Virus record (IMG/VR): IMGVR_UViG_3300015214_000026
Location: 32,001-96,000 of that record
Reading direction: 5' to 3' (one strand)
From: a virus
Taxonomy: Duplodnaviria; Caudoviricetes
Length of the DNA: 64,000 nt
Every line of letters begins with the position of its first letter. Position 1 is the first letter of the stretch. A model generated the notes under the pieces. The model was not told where the DNA came from, searched no databases, and saw nothing but the letters and a program-made list of their open reading frames with translations. The position numbers and the translations under genes are program-made. Shown here one piece after another: positions 25,528-34,635 of the stretch.

Positions 25528-25815
25528 CTAATCCTCCCACCTTTCCATTTCTTTCTTCCAATACTGGCGAAAATCCTTGTGATATTTTCGCTTGAAGAAA
25601 CTACGGGTTTTACCCTGATAGTTCTCCCGCCAACCCCTCGGCGGATAATGAGAATGATAATAGGTCGGCGAGATACCGTCGTATCCATTCTCGTAACGAT
25701 TACGCGGATCTTTCTCCGCCCATTCTTCCCTGCCTAATCCGGTCATCGTCAATTCCCATGGGGAATACTTAGTAGAGGAAAAACCGGGAAGGATACAACG
25801 TTTGGTTCTGCTCAT
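25528..25815 (-). CDS. basic hypothetical protein
   Basis: AGGAGA RBS before MSRTK. Confidence 0.65.
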   Translation of the reverse strand: MSRTKRCILPGFSSTKYSPWELTMTGLGREEWAEKDPRNRYENGYDGISPTYYHSHYPPRGWRENYQGKTRSFFKRKYHKDFRQYWKKEMERWED

Positions 25816-25944
25816 GAACACTCTCCTGTGTAGCGGAATTGCTACATAAAAAGTGCCCATAAATCCAGTGTCGATATTGTTTCATAGTGCGCTCCTAGTC
25901 GTAGATGCCGATATCGGCATCAGTCGGATGAAACTGACCGTCTT

Positions 25945-26139
25945 CTACAGAGTACCAGAGTACCCACGCTCATCCAACATGTTTATTACATCGTCCTTAT
26001 TGACAGCGCCATCTTTGATAGTCAGCGTATCAATAATACCGCGATAATCATGGACAGTCATAAAACGGTCAACGTCTACGGTATAACCAGCTTTTTCCAG
26101 AAGAAGTTTTGCTTCCGTTACTAACATTTGATCCTCCAA
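25945..26139 (-). CDS. hypothetical protein
   Basis: small ORF with GGAGG near the start. Confidence 0.6.
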   Translation of the reverse strand: MEDQMLVTEAKLLLEKAGYTVDVDRFMTVHDYRGIIDTLTIKDGAVNKDDVINMLDERGYSGTL

Positions 26140-26274
26140 TGCTCTAAAGCAGCTTGAACAGCGTCACTTTTACGGACATAGTTATAATAGTTGTAGCCTT
26201 TCTGGCTTGTCCATACCCAACCATGTCCTCCGCCTACCCAACGGATATTCGCTAATATTTCAATATCCATGTTA

Positions 26275-26466
26275 TCACCACTTCGCGATTACGGTGATTT
26301 CCTTCGGCCCCTTCTTACCGTCCAGTGCGTCCTTACGAACGTAGATGGAGCCGATCTTGACTTCACGGAAGTCCTCGATAACGTTTCCATCGTCATCGAT
26401 TTCCGAATACTGATACGCCCCCTTGGTTTCCTTGACCCGCTTCATCTGAACGGAAATTCTGCTCAT
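26275..26466 (-). CDS. small conserved phage protein
   Basis: KETKGAYQYSE...IGSIYVRK; AGGAGA RBS; host-like codons. Confidence 0.75.
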   Translation of the reverse strand: MSRISVQMKRVKETKGAYQYSEIDDDGNVIEDFREVKIGSIYVRKDALDGKKGPKEITVIAKW

Positions 26467-26516
26467 GGTTCTCTCCTGCTTTTTACCGATTGATATTGTT
26501 AATTACTGTAATTGGG

Positions 26517-27098
26517 TTAGAGCGGATATTTCTCCGCTAACTGTTCATCATAATTCTCCCCCTCAACAATACCCAACGTTTTACACGCAGCATCCAGCAC
26601 GTCGTTCCACCAGCCATTCAGCGCCAAACTAATCAATGTCGCTTCGAAAGCATCAGGTGTAAACTGCGCCACACAATAGATTGTGTCGTACTCATAGCGC
26701 CCTTCCTTCGAATTGTAATGCTTTTCACGGAAGGACGCCGCGCGTATAGCAACCAAAGCAAGTCGTTTATCCGCCGACATCAAAGCGGTATTGAATACCG
26801 GGTCAGCTTCGCTTTTATATTTTTCATTCCCTTCTGTGAGAGGATCATTAAGATGCTGGTCAATTTCTTCGACCCTACTCATTGCTGTAATAAGTGGATT
26901 AACTCGAAACCCTACAACATACTGGCTGTCTTTCGCGTCAGCATATAAATAGTGACGGCCTTCTCCGCAATCTACATAAAGACCTTGTTGTTCATCCCGC
27001 TTTACTTCCTTTGGTCCAGCCTTCATGCAATCACTTCCACCGTCGAAATGAATGTACTGGCCGACTTTAAGTGAGAAAATATTAACCCAATTAGTCAT
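26517..27098 (-). CDS. hypothetical protein
   Basis: GAGGA RBS before MTNWV. Confidence 0.72.
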   Translation of the reverse strand: MTNWVNIFSLKVGQYIHFDGGSDCMKAGPKEVKRDEQQGLYVDCGEGRHYLYADAKDSQYVVGFRVNPLITAMSRVEEIDQHLNDPLTEGNEKYKSEADPVFNTALMSADKRLALVAIRAASFREKHYNSKEGRYEYDTIYCVAQFTPDAFEATLISLALNGWWNDVLDAACKTLGIVEGENYDEQLAEKYPL

Positions 27099-27128
27099 GG
27101 TTCTGTTCCTCAAACGTTTGAAGATACG

Positions 27129-27156
27129 AAAAGAGCGGGGTTAATAACCCCGCTCT
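27129..27156 (-). terminator. intrinsic terminator
   Basis: AGAGCGGGGTTA/TAACCCCGCTCT + U-tract. Confidence 0.8.
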
Positions 27157-27172
27157 AAATCGTCAGGGACGA

Positions 27173-28045
27173 TTAGTCATCGATATCGTCAATGTCATCG
27201 AGGCCGTCTTCATCGTCGTCCTCGTCCTCGTCCTCGTCTTCTTCATCCTCGTCTTCTTCTTCGTCCTCGTCCTCGTCCTCGTCTTCTTCTTCGTCCTTCT
27301 TGGACTTGCGCTTGGACTTGGCTTTCTTGTCCTTCTTCGACTTACGGGACGGCTTCTCGTCTTCCTCATCCTCGTCGTCTTCATCCGGTTCCTCGTCGGA
27401 ATTGAGGGCGACCAGAATGGCGGTGATCTGCTTGTTCTTGGACTTCACCTTGTCCGTGTCGATACCGAGTTCTTCGGCGAGTTCCGAAATATCGTCCTCG
27501 TCATGGAGCTTCAGTTTTGCCATCAGCGCCTTGTTGGCCGCGAGGAACATTCCGAGTTCTTCCGCCTTCTCGGCCCGCGTTTCCGCGTCCTCCGTCAGAA
27601 CGTCGGGATCGCCGCCCAGCTTCTTGACTTCCGGCTTCAGTTCACGAATGCCTCCCTCGACAGGCTCCCCTTCAAACTCGGAGAGGAAATCGTAGCAGTC
27701 ATCCAGAGTCGGTGTACCGTCGAACGGTTCCGGCTTCGAACGTTTCGACTTCTTCTCGGCCTTGTCCGCCTTGGCCTTGCGACCACGCTTCTTCGGTGCC
27801 TCGTCCTCGTCATCATCGTCCTTGGCCTTGCGACCACGCTTGGTCTTGACCTTTTCGGTCTTCTTGCCCTTCTTCACCTTATCGCGGCGCGAAGACGACG
27901 CCGTGGATTCCTCCAGATCGGAAAGGTCTTCCGAAGCGGAGAGTTCCACGATGGTCTCCAGCAGGGTCGCGACCGATCCCTGAAGCTTCTTGTTCATGCC
28001 GTCCACGATATCGAGAACGCGATCACGGTTGGAAATACGTGCCAT
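27173..28045 (-). CDS. highly charged early protein with KRGRKAK repeats and poly-D/E tail
   Basis: two KRGRKAK motifs, Lys patches, ~39-residue nearly pure acidic C-terminus; GC3-rich codons; own promoter and terminator. Confidence 0.85.
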   Translation of the reverse strand: MARISNRDRVLDIVDGMNKKLQGSVATLLETIVELSASEDLSDLEESTASSSRRDKVKKGKKTEKVKTKRGRKAKDDDDEDEAPKKRGRKAKADKAEKKSKRSKPEPFDGTPTLDDCYDFLSEFEGEPVEGGIRELKPEVKKLGGDPDVLTEDAETRAEKAEELGMFLAANKALMAKLKLHDEDDISELAEELGIDTDKVKSKNKQITAILVALNSDEEPDEDDEDEEDEKPSRKSKKDKKAKSKRKSKKDEEEDEDEDEDEEEDEDEEDEDEDEDDDEDGLDDIDDIDD

Positions 28046-28130
28046 GTTGAGAGTGTCCTTTTCTCATGTTTAGGGGATTCAAACGTTTGAATGATCCGAC
28101 CGGGTTCCCCAACCCATTAGGATCATTCAT

Positions 28131-28159
28131 ATTTTACACTGATTCGGTGTCCATGTCAA
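28131..28159 (-). promoter_or_regulatory. sigma70 early promoter (leftward) with CGAATCA in the spacer
   Basis: TTGACA-tggacACCGAATCAgtg-TAAAAT. Confidence 0.88.
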
Positions 28160-28260
28160 CCCCATCAAAATCAGGGGTTTGCGGTGAATATGTTCAAACG
28201 TTTTGAGTGACGCTTTTGATCCAAACTGACACTTTAACCGAAAGCCAGGGTTCCTCCGAT

Positions 28261-28289
28261 TTGACAAACTGACCGAATCATGATATGAT
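28261..28289 (+). promoter_or_regulatory. sigma70 early promoter (rightward) with CGAATCA in the spacer
   Basis: TTGACA-aactgACCGAATCAtga-TATGAT. Confidence 0.88.
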
Positions 28290-28353
28290 TGATTTGTCCC
28301 ACGGGGACGATTTGGGAAGAGCTGAAACCTTCAAACGTTGAAAAGAGAATCAA

Positions 28354-28599
28354 ATGTCAAACCAGTTTTATGAAATGGTCGCATCCATTACCGCTCCCAA
28401 AGCACAACAGGAAATCCAATTCCTTGTGTTTGAAGGAAACGGCGAGTTCATCGTGGCGACTCCGGCTACGCTTGATGGTGTTCGTGAGTTCTTCGAAAAG
28501 TATGAGCGTGATATTGAAGACTACGATATCACGCCCGTCTATTCACCGGCGGTACATATCGAGTTGCATCGGCCGAGTGCGAGTGTATACGGTTTGTAG
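28354..28599 (+). CDS. hypothetical early protein
   Basis: first ORF after the promoter, host-like codons. Confidence 0.7.
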   Translation: MSNQFYEMVASITAPKAQQEIQFLVFEGNGEFIVATPATLDGVREFFEKYERDIEDYDITPVYSPAVHIELHRPSASVYGL

Positions 28600-28644
28600 T
28601 TAATCCATGTAAGGCAACAATCCCTAACAAGAGGAAACGGGAAA

Positions 28645-28830
28645 ATGTCGAAAACGTTTCGTGGCAAGAATCGTGAGTTCATGAAGACCCTGGCGAAGTT
28701 CGACCGCCGGAGAAAGCATCAGAAGCGATCGAAGAAGCAAGGTTTCGACAACAGCATCGCGATGGAGTTCCATGAACCCAAGACGTTTGCGGACTCCAAA
28801 CGTTTGAGGAACCGCTTCCTCACGGCCTGA
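28645..28830 (+). CDS. small basic early protein
   Basis: GAGGA RBS, followed by a hairpin. Confidence 0.72.
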   Translation: MSKTFRGKNREFMKTLAKFDRRRKHQKRSKKQGFDNSIAMEFHEPKTFADSKRLRNRFLTA

Positions 28831-28839
28831 CACGAAACA

Positions 28840-28867
28840 GGGCTGGTGTAAAAACCAGCCCCATTCT
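28840..28867 (+). terminator. hairpin / weak terminator
   Basis: GGGCTGGT/ACCAGCCC. Confidence 0.6.
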
Positions 28868-28884
28868 TAAACAAGGAATACCCT

Positions 28885-29106
28885 ATGCTTAAGCTCGTTA
28901 GCTGCTCGCAAACTGTCTACGGAAACCTGATGGCGTTTCTGGGACGACCGTTCATCAAACGTTTCGTCACAGAAAGCGGGGATTGGTCACAGATGAATAT
29001 ATCCGTTTTCGGAATCACTGTCGCTTACACGCAACCGAATGTGATCGGCGAATACGGCGAGCCGGATTTCTTCTGGTGCCGTAAGTTTTTGCGATATCTG
29101 TTCTAA
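28885..29106 (+). CDS. hypothetical protein
   Basis: AAGGA RBS. Confidence 0.7.
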   Translation: MLKLVSCSQTVYGNLMAFLGRPFIKRFVTESGDWSQMNISVFGITVAYTQPNVIGEYGEPDFFWCRKFLRYLF

Positions 29107-29149
29107 TAATAGTGGAAACCTAATCGCCGTAACATAGGGGGTTTTATAG

Positions 29150-29464
29150 ATGGTAGTTTGGCTGGTAGTGTCCGTCGTTCTGTCGGTTCTCGGAATATGG
29201 TTTAATCTTCCTGACTTCGAATTGGCTACTATATGCAGCCTAATTCTTTCAGTCGGAGCGGTATCAACACGTATCAAACGTTTGGGGGAGTCTAACAAAA
29301 CACTGCCGTACACAACTACAATCCGATTTTGGATATCGGGCGGAGTGGTTTCTGGAATGCTCGGCATGTTTCCTAATAAGGCACCATTTGAAGTGTTATG
29401 CCTTATTATAGTGTGGTTTGGTACGGCGTATATTATGGTCGAACTTCGGGACGTGGAGCCATAG
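29150..29464 (+). CDS. membrane protein (4 TM)
   Basis: hydrophobic segments. Confidence 0.65.
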   Translation: MVVWLVVSVVLSVLGIWFNLPDFELATICSLILSVGAVSTRIKRLGESNKTLPYTTTIRFWISGGVVSGMLGMFPNKAPFEVLCLIIVWFGTAYIMVELRDVEP

Positions 29465-29466
29465 TA

Positions 29467-29646
29467 ATGGTAAGTTATGAATGGGAAGTTTTAACCGCCG
29501 ATTATATCGGCGATGGAAAATGGGAACCGAATACACCGCTGGTGTTTGATTCCGAAGATGAAGCTATAGAATACGTGAAGTTGATTAACGCGAATAATCA
29601 GCTTCGAGTGTCCAAACGTGTGCTCCATGTAAAACAAATAGGCTGA
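29467..29646 (+). CDS. hypothetical protein
   Basis: GGAG RBS before MVSYEW. Confidence 0.65.
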   Translation: MVSYEWEVLTADYIGDGKWEPNTPLVFDSEDEAIEYVKLINANNQLRVSKRVLHVKQIG

Positions 29647-29648
29647 AC

Positions 29649-29819
29649 ATGAAAGAAATGTTGAAGCATTGGTTCTTCATGATCCGGCATCGTCGATGTT
29701 GGGAATACGGAAGAACAAAGGACTGGAAATTCACCGCGTTCTATACGTGGCATGATGGTCCGATATTCGTCTATCGTTTTGGACCAATCTGGTTTGGTCT
29801 AACCTACGATAACTGGTGA
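29649..29819 (+). CDS. 56-aa Trp-rich hypothetical protein (below track cutoff)
   Basis: MKEMLKHWFF...YTWHDGP...LTYDNW fills the gap exactly. Confidence 0.6.
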   Translation: MKEMLKHWFFMIRHRRCWEYGRTKDWKFTAFYTWHDGPIFVYRFGPIWFGLTYDNW

Positions 29820-29831
29820 GGATAAAATATC

Positions 29832-30188
29832 ATGGAAGGCGCGAGCGAAATGGTTGACGACGACTACGGTTTCAATAACCTGCCGAAACAGGGTACGATT
29901 CTCACCTTCGCAGAAATTATTGGGCTTGAATTGCCGGATATGCCGTGTTTCGAGTTCAAGATTAATGGTCATATGGGATGGATACAAACGTCCCATTTGA
30001 CTATGGAGAAAGAGAGGGAATTTGTGGAGCTTGGTAAAACCAAGTGGAAATACCTCTACACTACCCGCGAGTGGATTCCGGTATTTAAGTACGCGGATAC
30101 TGTGGATTTGCGGGAAGTTCTCGATATGGAATTTGTTCCGATGGAGGATGGTCAGGAAGCATTCTGGTCCGGGTTTCCGAAAAAGTAG
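29832..30188 (+). CDS. hypothetical protein
   Basis: GAGGA RBS. Confidence 0.7.
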   Translation: MEGASEMVDDDYGFNNLPKQGTILTFAEIIGLELPDMPCFEFKINGHMGWIQTSHLTMEKEREFVELGKTKWKYLYTTREWIPVFKYADTVDLREVLDMEFVPMEDGQEAFWSGFPKK

Positions 30189-30209
30189 AAACGCTTAAAT
30201 AAAAGGAAC

Positions 30210-30506
30210 ATGAAAATGGCTAATGGTCTTCCCAACGTTTTGTGGATGGTGCAGTACAATCTCGCGGGCTTGCAAAAGCCGTATCGTATGAAGCTGCATG
30301 ATGATATCAGTAGTGACAAGGTTTCGTTATATTACGACAAGTCGGAAGATATCGGCGGTGATCCGATACCGAATAACACCAAGGTCTGGCCTGTGGTGTT
30401 CGATACTAATGACAGGGTGGCTTACTATTTCAATGACAAAAAGGAAGCGGAGGCGGCTTATGACATGCTGAACCGCTACCGCAGTCATATCGTAACTCAT
30501 ATTTAA
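30210..30506 (+). CDS. hypothetical protein
   Basis: AAAGGA RBS. Confidence 0.7.
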   Translation: MKMANGLPNVLWMVQYNLAGLQKPYRMKLHDDISSDKVSLYYDKSEDIGGDPIPNNTKVWPVVFDTNDRVAYYFNDKKEAEAAYDMLNRYRSHIVTHI

Positions 30507-30586
30507 TCGAAGAAACCAACGCTTCGGTTAGGTGGACTTTACAGTCCACCATTCCCAAACGTTGAATCCAATGAAAGGAACATAAC

Positions 30587-30932
30587 ATGCGTGAATATAC
30601 TCTCTTTCGTGAAACCCGCACCACCCGCAAGGTTACGTTTCGTGCGGACAGGTATGGTCTGTACCTATTGTGCTGGGAGCGTGGGTGTCTCGCAGCGGGC
30701 GTGTCATATCAGTGGCCTAATTGGCTGCAACGTAAGGTCAACGGTGAAGATGCCGCCCGTCACCTTAATCCCGGTTTGTCTGGTTTCAGTTGGGGACCAG
30801 ACGTTGTTGAATTTCTCGACCATTCAATGCCGGCGGCTCTGTATGACGATTGAGCCGTATCACAAAGACCATAGCCCGTTTTGGAAATGGCTGTTTAACT
30901 ACTATGAGGCGAGAAACCATGATAACGGCTAA
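30587..30932 (+). pseudogene. frameshifted gene whose 3' part is a deleted paralog of 33493..33777
   Basis: frame 1 ends MPAALYDD* (30853); frame 2 continues EPYHKDHSPFWK; 92 nt missing relative to the paralog. Confidence 0.6.
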
Positions 30933-31233
30933 TAATGAACAAGATTTTATCCTGTTGCTAGGGGATATGGATCGAAACGGAAAGAAACTGATTCGTGGTT
31001 ATAAAGCGGGTAATAGAATAAGACCCATTTATGAATGCCGAATTATGGCTACTGCCGGTGGGCTTCAATATGGGTTCGCAGAAATCAATTCTATGAATCA
31101 ACGAGGTTCCGGCATATACACAATGGATATCGAAGAGGCTTATCTTATAGCCTACGATTTCGAAACCAAAAATACATCAAGCGAATGGTTTTTGGTCGAT
31201 GATTGCGAACACACGTATTATTCGGAATACTGA
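30919..31233 (+). CDS. hypothetical protein
   Basis: GAGG RBS before MITAN. Confidence 0.65.
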   Translation: MITANNEQDFILLLGDMDRNGKKLIRGYKAGNRIRPIYECRIMATAGGLQYGFAEINSMNQRGSGIYTMDIEEAYLIAYDFETKNTSSEWFLVDDCEHTYYSEY

Positions 31234-31286
31234 ATAAGCCTACGTGAAGATTAAATAGAAACAATCAAAATGAAGGAAACTGACAA

Positions 31287-32162
31287 ATGGCTTTTGTGGA
31301 CAAACTACTGGTTAAAGGCGACCGTGTTATTATGAATATGAACGAGGAATCTCGTGGCTGGGCTGGAGATAAGTATCCTCCTAATGGCACGCTCGGAACC
31401 TTTCTCGGTCGTCATCGTATCCAGATTTATCGTGGTCGTGTTGGCGTTGATCGGTATTTTTATGAACCCGGTATTTATGAAGCCGATGGGGCAGCTATAA
31501 TTGAATGGGATAACGGTTCTACTGCTGTTGACGGGTGGAGCCACGAAATGGCAGATAAAGAGGAATATAATAGACGATTCACAGCGTATCATGCGATTGA
31601 AAATAAGCCTAATGACTATGGTGAAAACGTGGTTCGAATTGGTGATCTTCCTGAAACCAAGTTTTGGGAGGGTGATATCGTCAAACGCGAATTTCATGAT
31701 TCAAGTGAACTTAACAGAATGCGGATTAGCTCCATTCAATGGCATTGGGATAAAGACGATCGCGGATGGTGTTACAACGTTGAATGGGTAAACGAGGATA
31801 ATACGTATGCTCGTCGTGGCTCTATGTATCTTCATGATTATGAGTTGGAGCTTATAGAACGAGGGAATGTGTGGCGTGAAGCGCACAACCAGCCTCTGTA
31901 TTTTAATAATTTCGAGGAAGAAGTCACTTTCGAACGTTTGGTGGGTAGATATGAGGAAGTTCGAAATCCAAAAAGTAAGCTCTATTCATGGACGAAGGAT
32001 GAAGTTCTTATTGCAATCAAAGATGGAATTGTAGATGGTTTCTCTATGCCAGAAGGATTGTTCGGCGGTGAGCGTAAAATTCAGACTCTTCGATTGAAGA
32101 ATCGAGAACTCGGTGAGAAGCTTCGTGAGTCAACCTTGAAAGGGTTTGGTATAGAAGCTTAA
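31287..32162 (+). CDS. hypothetical protein
   Basis: 291 aa, AAGGA RBS. Confidence 0.8.
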   Translation: MAFVDKLLVKGDRVIMNMNEESRGWAGDKYPPNGTLGTFLGRHRIQIYRGRVGVDRYFYEPGIYEADGAAIIEWDNGSTAVDGWSHEMADKEEYNRRFTAYHAIENKPNDYGENVVRIGDLPETKFWEGDIVKREFHDSSELNRMRISSIQWHWDKDDRGWCYNVEWVNEDNTYARRGSMYLHDYELELIERGNVWREAHNQPLYFNNFEEEVTFERLVGRYEEVRNPKSKLYSWTKDEVLIAIKDGIVDGFSMPEGLFGGERKIQTLRLKNRELGEKLRESTLKGFGIEA

Positions 32163-32191
32163 ATAACTACGGAATAAAAAGGAACAGAATC

Positions 32192-32446
32192 ATGAGTGAT
32201 GGAAACTTTGTTATCCTAATGTATCTAATCGCTTTAATTATGAAGCCGATCTTGTCTTTGGCGTTCTTTTTCATGGTTGTGGACTACGCGGTTAACCGCG
32301 TTACCGACCGGAAGCGGGTATATGTAACAGCGGAAGGCATTCAAAAGACCACGTATTTCGCATCGTGGACAGTCAAACTTTTTGTCGTCTCCCTTATTTT
32401 GTGGGGGATACCCATCGTCCTGCTTTTCGGGCCAGCTTTATTTTGA
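32192..32446 (+). CDS. membrane protein
   Basis: 2 TM segments, AAGGA RBS. Confidence 0.7.
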   Translation: MSDGNFVILMYLIALIMKPILSLAFFFMVVDYAVNRVTDRKRVYVTAEGIQKTTYFASWTVKLFVVSLILWGIPIVLLFGPALF

Positions 32447-32458
32447 TTCTGATTATCG

Positions 32459-32487
32459 AAATGGGGAGGATTGGTCCTCCCCATTTT
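32459..32487 (+). terminator. intrinsic terminator
   Basis: AAATGGGGAGGA/TCCTCCCCATTT. Confidence 0.78.
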
Positions 32488-32570
32488 ACGTTTGAAAAAT
32501 GTGCATAATCTGGAGCTGGGAAAGGTCTGAACCCAAGGTCAAAAAAATGCAGATTTTTTTGAGAAATGGC

Positions 32571-32599
32571 TTGACATTCATATGGGGATATCGTATATT
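32571..32599 (+). promoter_or_regulatory. sigma70 early promoter with upstream A/T tracts
   Basis: TTGACA-N17-TATATT; two GANTC sites (GAATC, GATTC) around the predicted start site. Confidence 0.82.
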
Positions 32600-32644
32600 G
32601 GAATCATAGAGATTCACACATACCCAACCCGAAAGGATCAGACC

Positions 32645-33175
32645 ATGACCAAGATCAAGACCTCCAAGACCACCCGCAAGGCCGCTCCGCATACCGCGAT
32701 CATGGGTGCCGTCACCAAGTCCCTGTCGGATGGCCGTATGCGCGCCTTCATGGACAACCCGTCCGAGGAAACCCGTGACGCCATCGTCGATCAGGTTCGG
32801 AAGAACCTCACCGCCCTGATGAAGGGAAAGAAGGTCAAGTCGGCGCCGAAGACCGCGAAGACGGAAAAGACCGAAAAGGTTACGAAGTCGAAGCGTCTGG
32901 CGAAGAAGGTCCGCGCCGCTGACGAAATGTCGAAGACGGAAAAGACGATCAATCGGATCGCGTTGAAGTCTCACGCCGCTGTCCTTCGGATCAAGAGCCG
33001 CACGGACGACGCCGACAAGATCAAGTCTTCGGTTTCCCGCCTCTTGAAGAAACAGGGACTCGACGTTGTGTCCGTCCGTGGAACCGGGACCGCCAAGATC
33101 GAACGTTCTGGTCAGATTTTCGCGGTGAAGTTCACCAAGACGGCCCCGACGGTTTCCTTCATCGGTAACGCCTAA
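32645..33175 (+). CDS. Lys-rich, histone H1-like basic early protein
   Basis: GAAAGGA RBS before MTKIKTSK; K/T/A-rich; GC3-rich codons; own promoter and terminator. Confidence 0.82.
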   Translation: MTKIKTSKTTRKAAPHTAIMGAVTKSLSDGRMRAFMDNPSEETRDAIVDQVRKNLTALMKGKKVKSAPKTAKTEKTEKVTKSKRLAKKVRAADEMSKTEKTINRIALKSHAAVLRIKSRTDDADKIKSSVSRLLKKQGLDVVSVRGTGTAKIERSGQIFAVKFTKTAPTVSFIGNA

Positions 33176-33198
33176 ACCAACCATCCATCATCATCTGG

Positions 33199-33228
33199 CA
33201 GAAGGCGGGAAACGTTTCCCGCCTTCTG
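33199..33228. terminator. 30-bp perfect palindrome centred on AACGTT
   Basis: CAGAAGGCGGGAAAC|GTTTCCCGCCTTCTG. Confidence 0.7.
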
Positions 33229-33250
33229 GTCGTTTCAGAAGTGTTTCAAA

Positions 33251-33460
33251 ATGAGTGAATACGCTTTCGTGTTTTACAAGGGCACGCTGTACAAGGCGAC
33301 ATACGTCTCCGAAACGTATGAGAAAATTGCAATCGATTTGAATGAGCATAAATCGGAATATGAAGTCGATTCTCATTCATTCAAGATGAATGATCCCCGA
33401 ATCGTCGTAATTAGGGAAGCCGGTCTTCGCGCTGATTTGCTTAATAAACTAACGCGGTAA
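33251..33460 (+). CDS. hypothetical protein
   Basis: 69-aa ORF. Confidence 0.65.
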   Translation: MSEYAFVFYKGTLYKATYVSETYEKIAIDLNEHKSEYEVDSHSFKMNDPRIVVIREAGLRADLLNKLTR

Positions 33461-33492
33461 CTTACCGCTATCAATGGAAAAGGAGATTTAAT

Positions 33493-33777
33493 ATGACTGG
33501 CTATATGACTAACATGGACCTTTCTCATAAGCGGTTTGTGGAACAGGCCGCGAAGGAAACAGGGTTCAACGTTGAATTTCGCGACCATCCAATGCCGGCG
33601 GCTTTGTATGATGATTGGGAAGAAATAGACCCGGTGACTGGTATCATCGAGCCTCCAACGTATAATCCAGATAAATTTGTTGGCGTGTATGGTTCAGTTT
33701 ACACGAATGAGCCGTATCACAAAGACCATAGCTCATTTTGGAAAGCCTATGATCGTATTCGGGCAGAAGCAGAATGA
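33493..33777 (+). CDS. hypothetical protein
   Basis: AGGAGA RBS; partial paralog at ~30.8 kb. Confidence 0.75.
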   Translation: MTGYMTNMDLSHKRFVEQAAKETGFNVEFRDHPMPAALYDDWEEIDPVTGIIEPPTYNPDKFVGVYGSVYTNEPYHKDHSSFWKAYDRIRAEAE

Positions 33778-33871
33778 TATAACAATGCGAGAAATTCTTT
33801 ACGACACTTCTGCCACCGGACTTATGGAGGCGCTTACCTTCATTATGGAGCAGTTAACGAAAGGATAACCC

Positions 33872-34195
33872 ATGGACTACGTGTATGTACCAAATATCGT
33901 GGAAGGCAATGGAAAAACCATTCGTGAAAACAATTTGGAGAAGCAACACTCCATTCCAAAAGGAACGTTGGTTGAAGTTAACATTCCGTACAGTGAGCAC
34001 CATGGCATTCGATTATTCGTAACTCATTACGAGCGGGATTGTGATGGATCGCCACTATATGGCTTATACCACAAACCAGAGTTCGATCCTTTGGACGTTG
34101 ATCTTTTTCCCAACGCGAAGCATCTGGATCGATTTCGATTTGTATCCGGGTTCAGTGACGATTGTTTAATTGTTATTTCTCGTGAAGAAAGGTAA
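33872..34195 (+). CDS. hypothetical protein
   Basis: RDCDGSPLY motif; AAAGGA RBS. Confidence 0.72.
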   Translation: MDYVYVPNIVEGNGKTIRENNLEKQHSIPKGTLVEVNIPYSEHHGIRLFVTHYERDCDGSPLYGLYHKPEFDPLDVDLFPNAKHLDRFRFVSGFSDDCLIVISREER

Positions 34196-34199
34196 GCTA

Positions 34200-34442
34200 A
34201 TGCGAGAAATTCTTCAAACCGAAGACAATGAAACCGGAGAAACGTTGGAAACTCCTATCCTTCTGGCAACCGCTTCTGTAGCGGACCCGATGATGGTTAA
34301 CTTTGTGGTTAACCAGCCTGTTGGTAACGATGGCCGATCTGAATGGCAATGGTTTCGTCTCGCTAATGGTGATTTGATTCTTGGTGTGTTTCCTTGTGGA
34401 GATACGTATACCGAGACTGAAGCGGATCCTAACAGGCCATAA
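34200..34442 (+). CDS. hypothetical protein
   Basis: GRSEWQWFRLANGDLILGVFP. Confidence 0.7.
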   Translation: MREILQTEDNETGETLETPILLATASVADPMMVNFVVNQPVGNDGRSEWQWFRLANGDLILGVFPCGDTYTETEADPNRP

Positions 34443-34443
34443 A

Positions 34444-34635
34444 ATGATTACAATCAGTAAATTTCAACGGGCGGCTGAAAGATTGACCGCCCGGTATTAC
34501 CGACGATTTCCTAATATGCGCGGAACACACAAATGGGACGCCACGTCTATCAAAGATCGTTGGTATCGCCGCCAGACATGTCACGTAGTCAGAGAAAGGC
34601 TAGGTAATAATAGAGAAAGGGAATTATGTTACTAA
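34444..34635 (+). CDS. hypothetical basic protein
   Basis: operon packing. Confidence 0.6.
   Translation: MITISKFQRAAERLTARYYRRFPNMRGTHKWDATSIKDRWYRRQTCHVVRERLGNNRERELCY

Noticed and set aside
27163-28090. Poly-Ser and other alternative-frame ORFs (27163..27384, 27192..27695, 27503..28090)
   Set aside because: Shadows of the GC-rich GAC/GAG/GAA repeats in 27173..28045
32486-33184. 232-aa minus-strand ORF
   Set aside because: Antisense shadow of the promoter- and RBS-supported plus-strand gene 32645..33175
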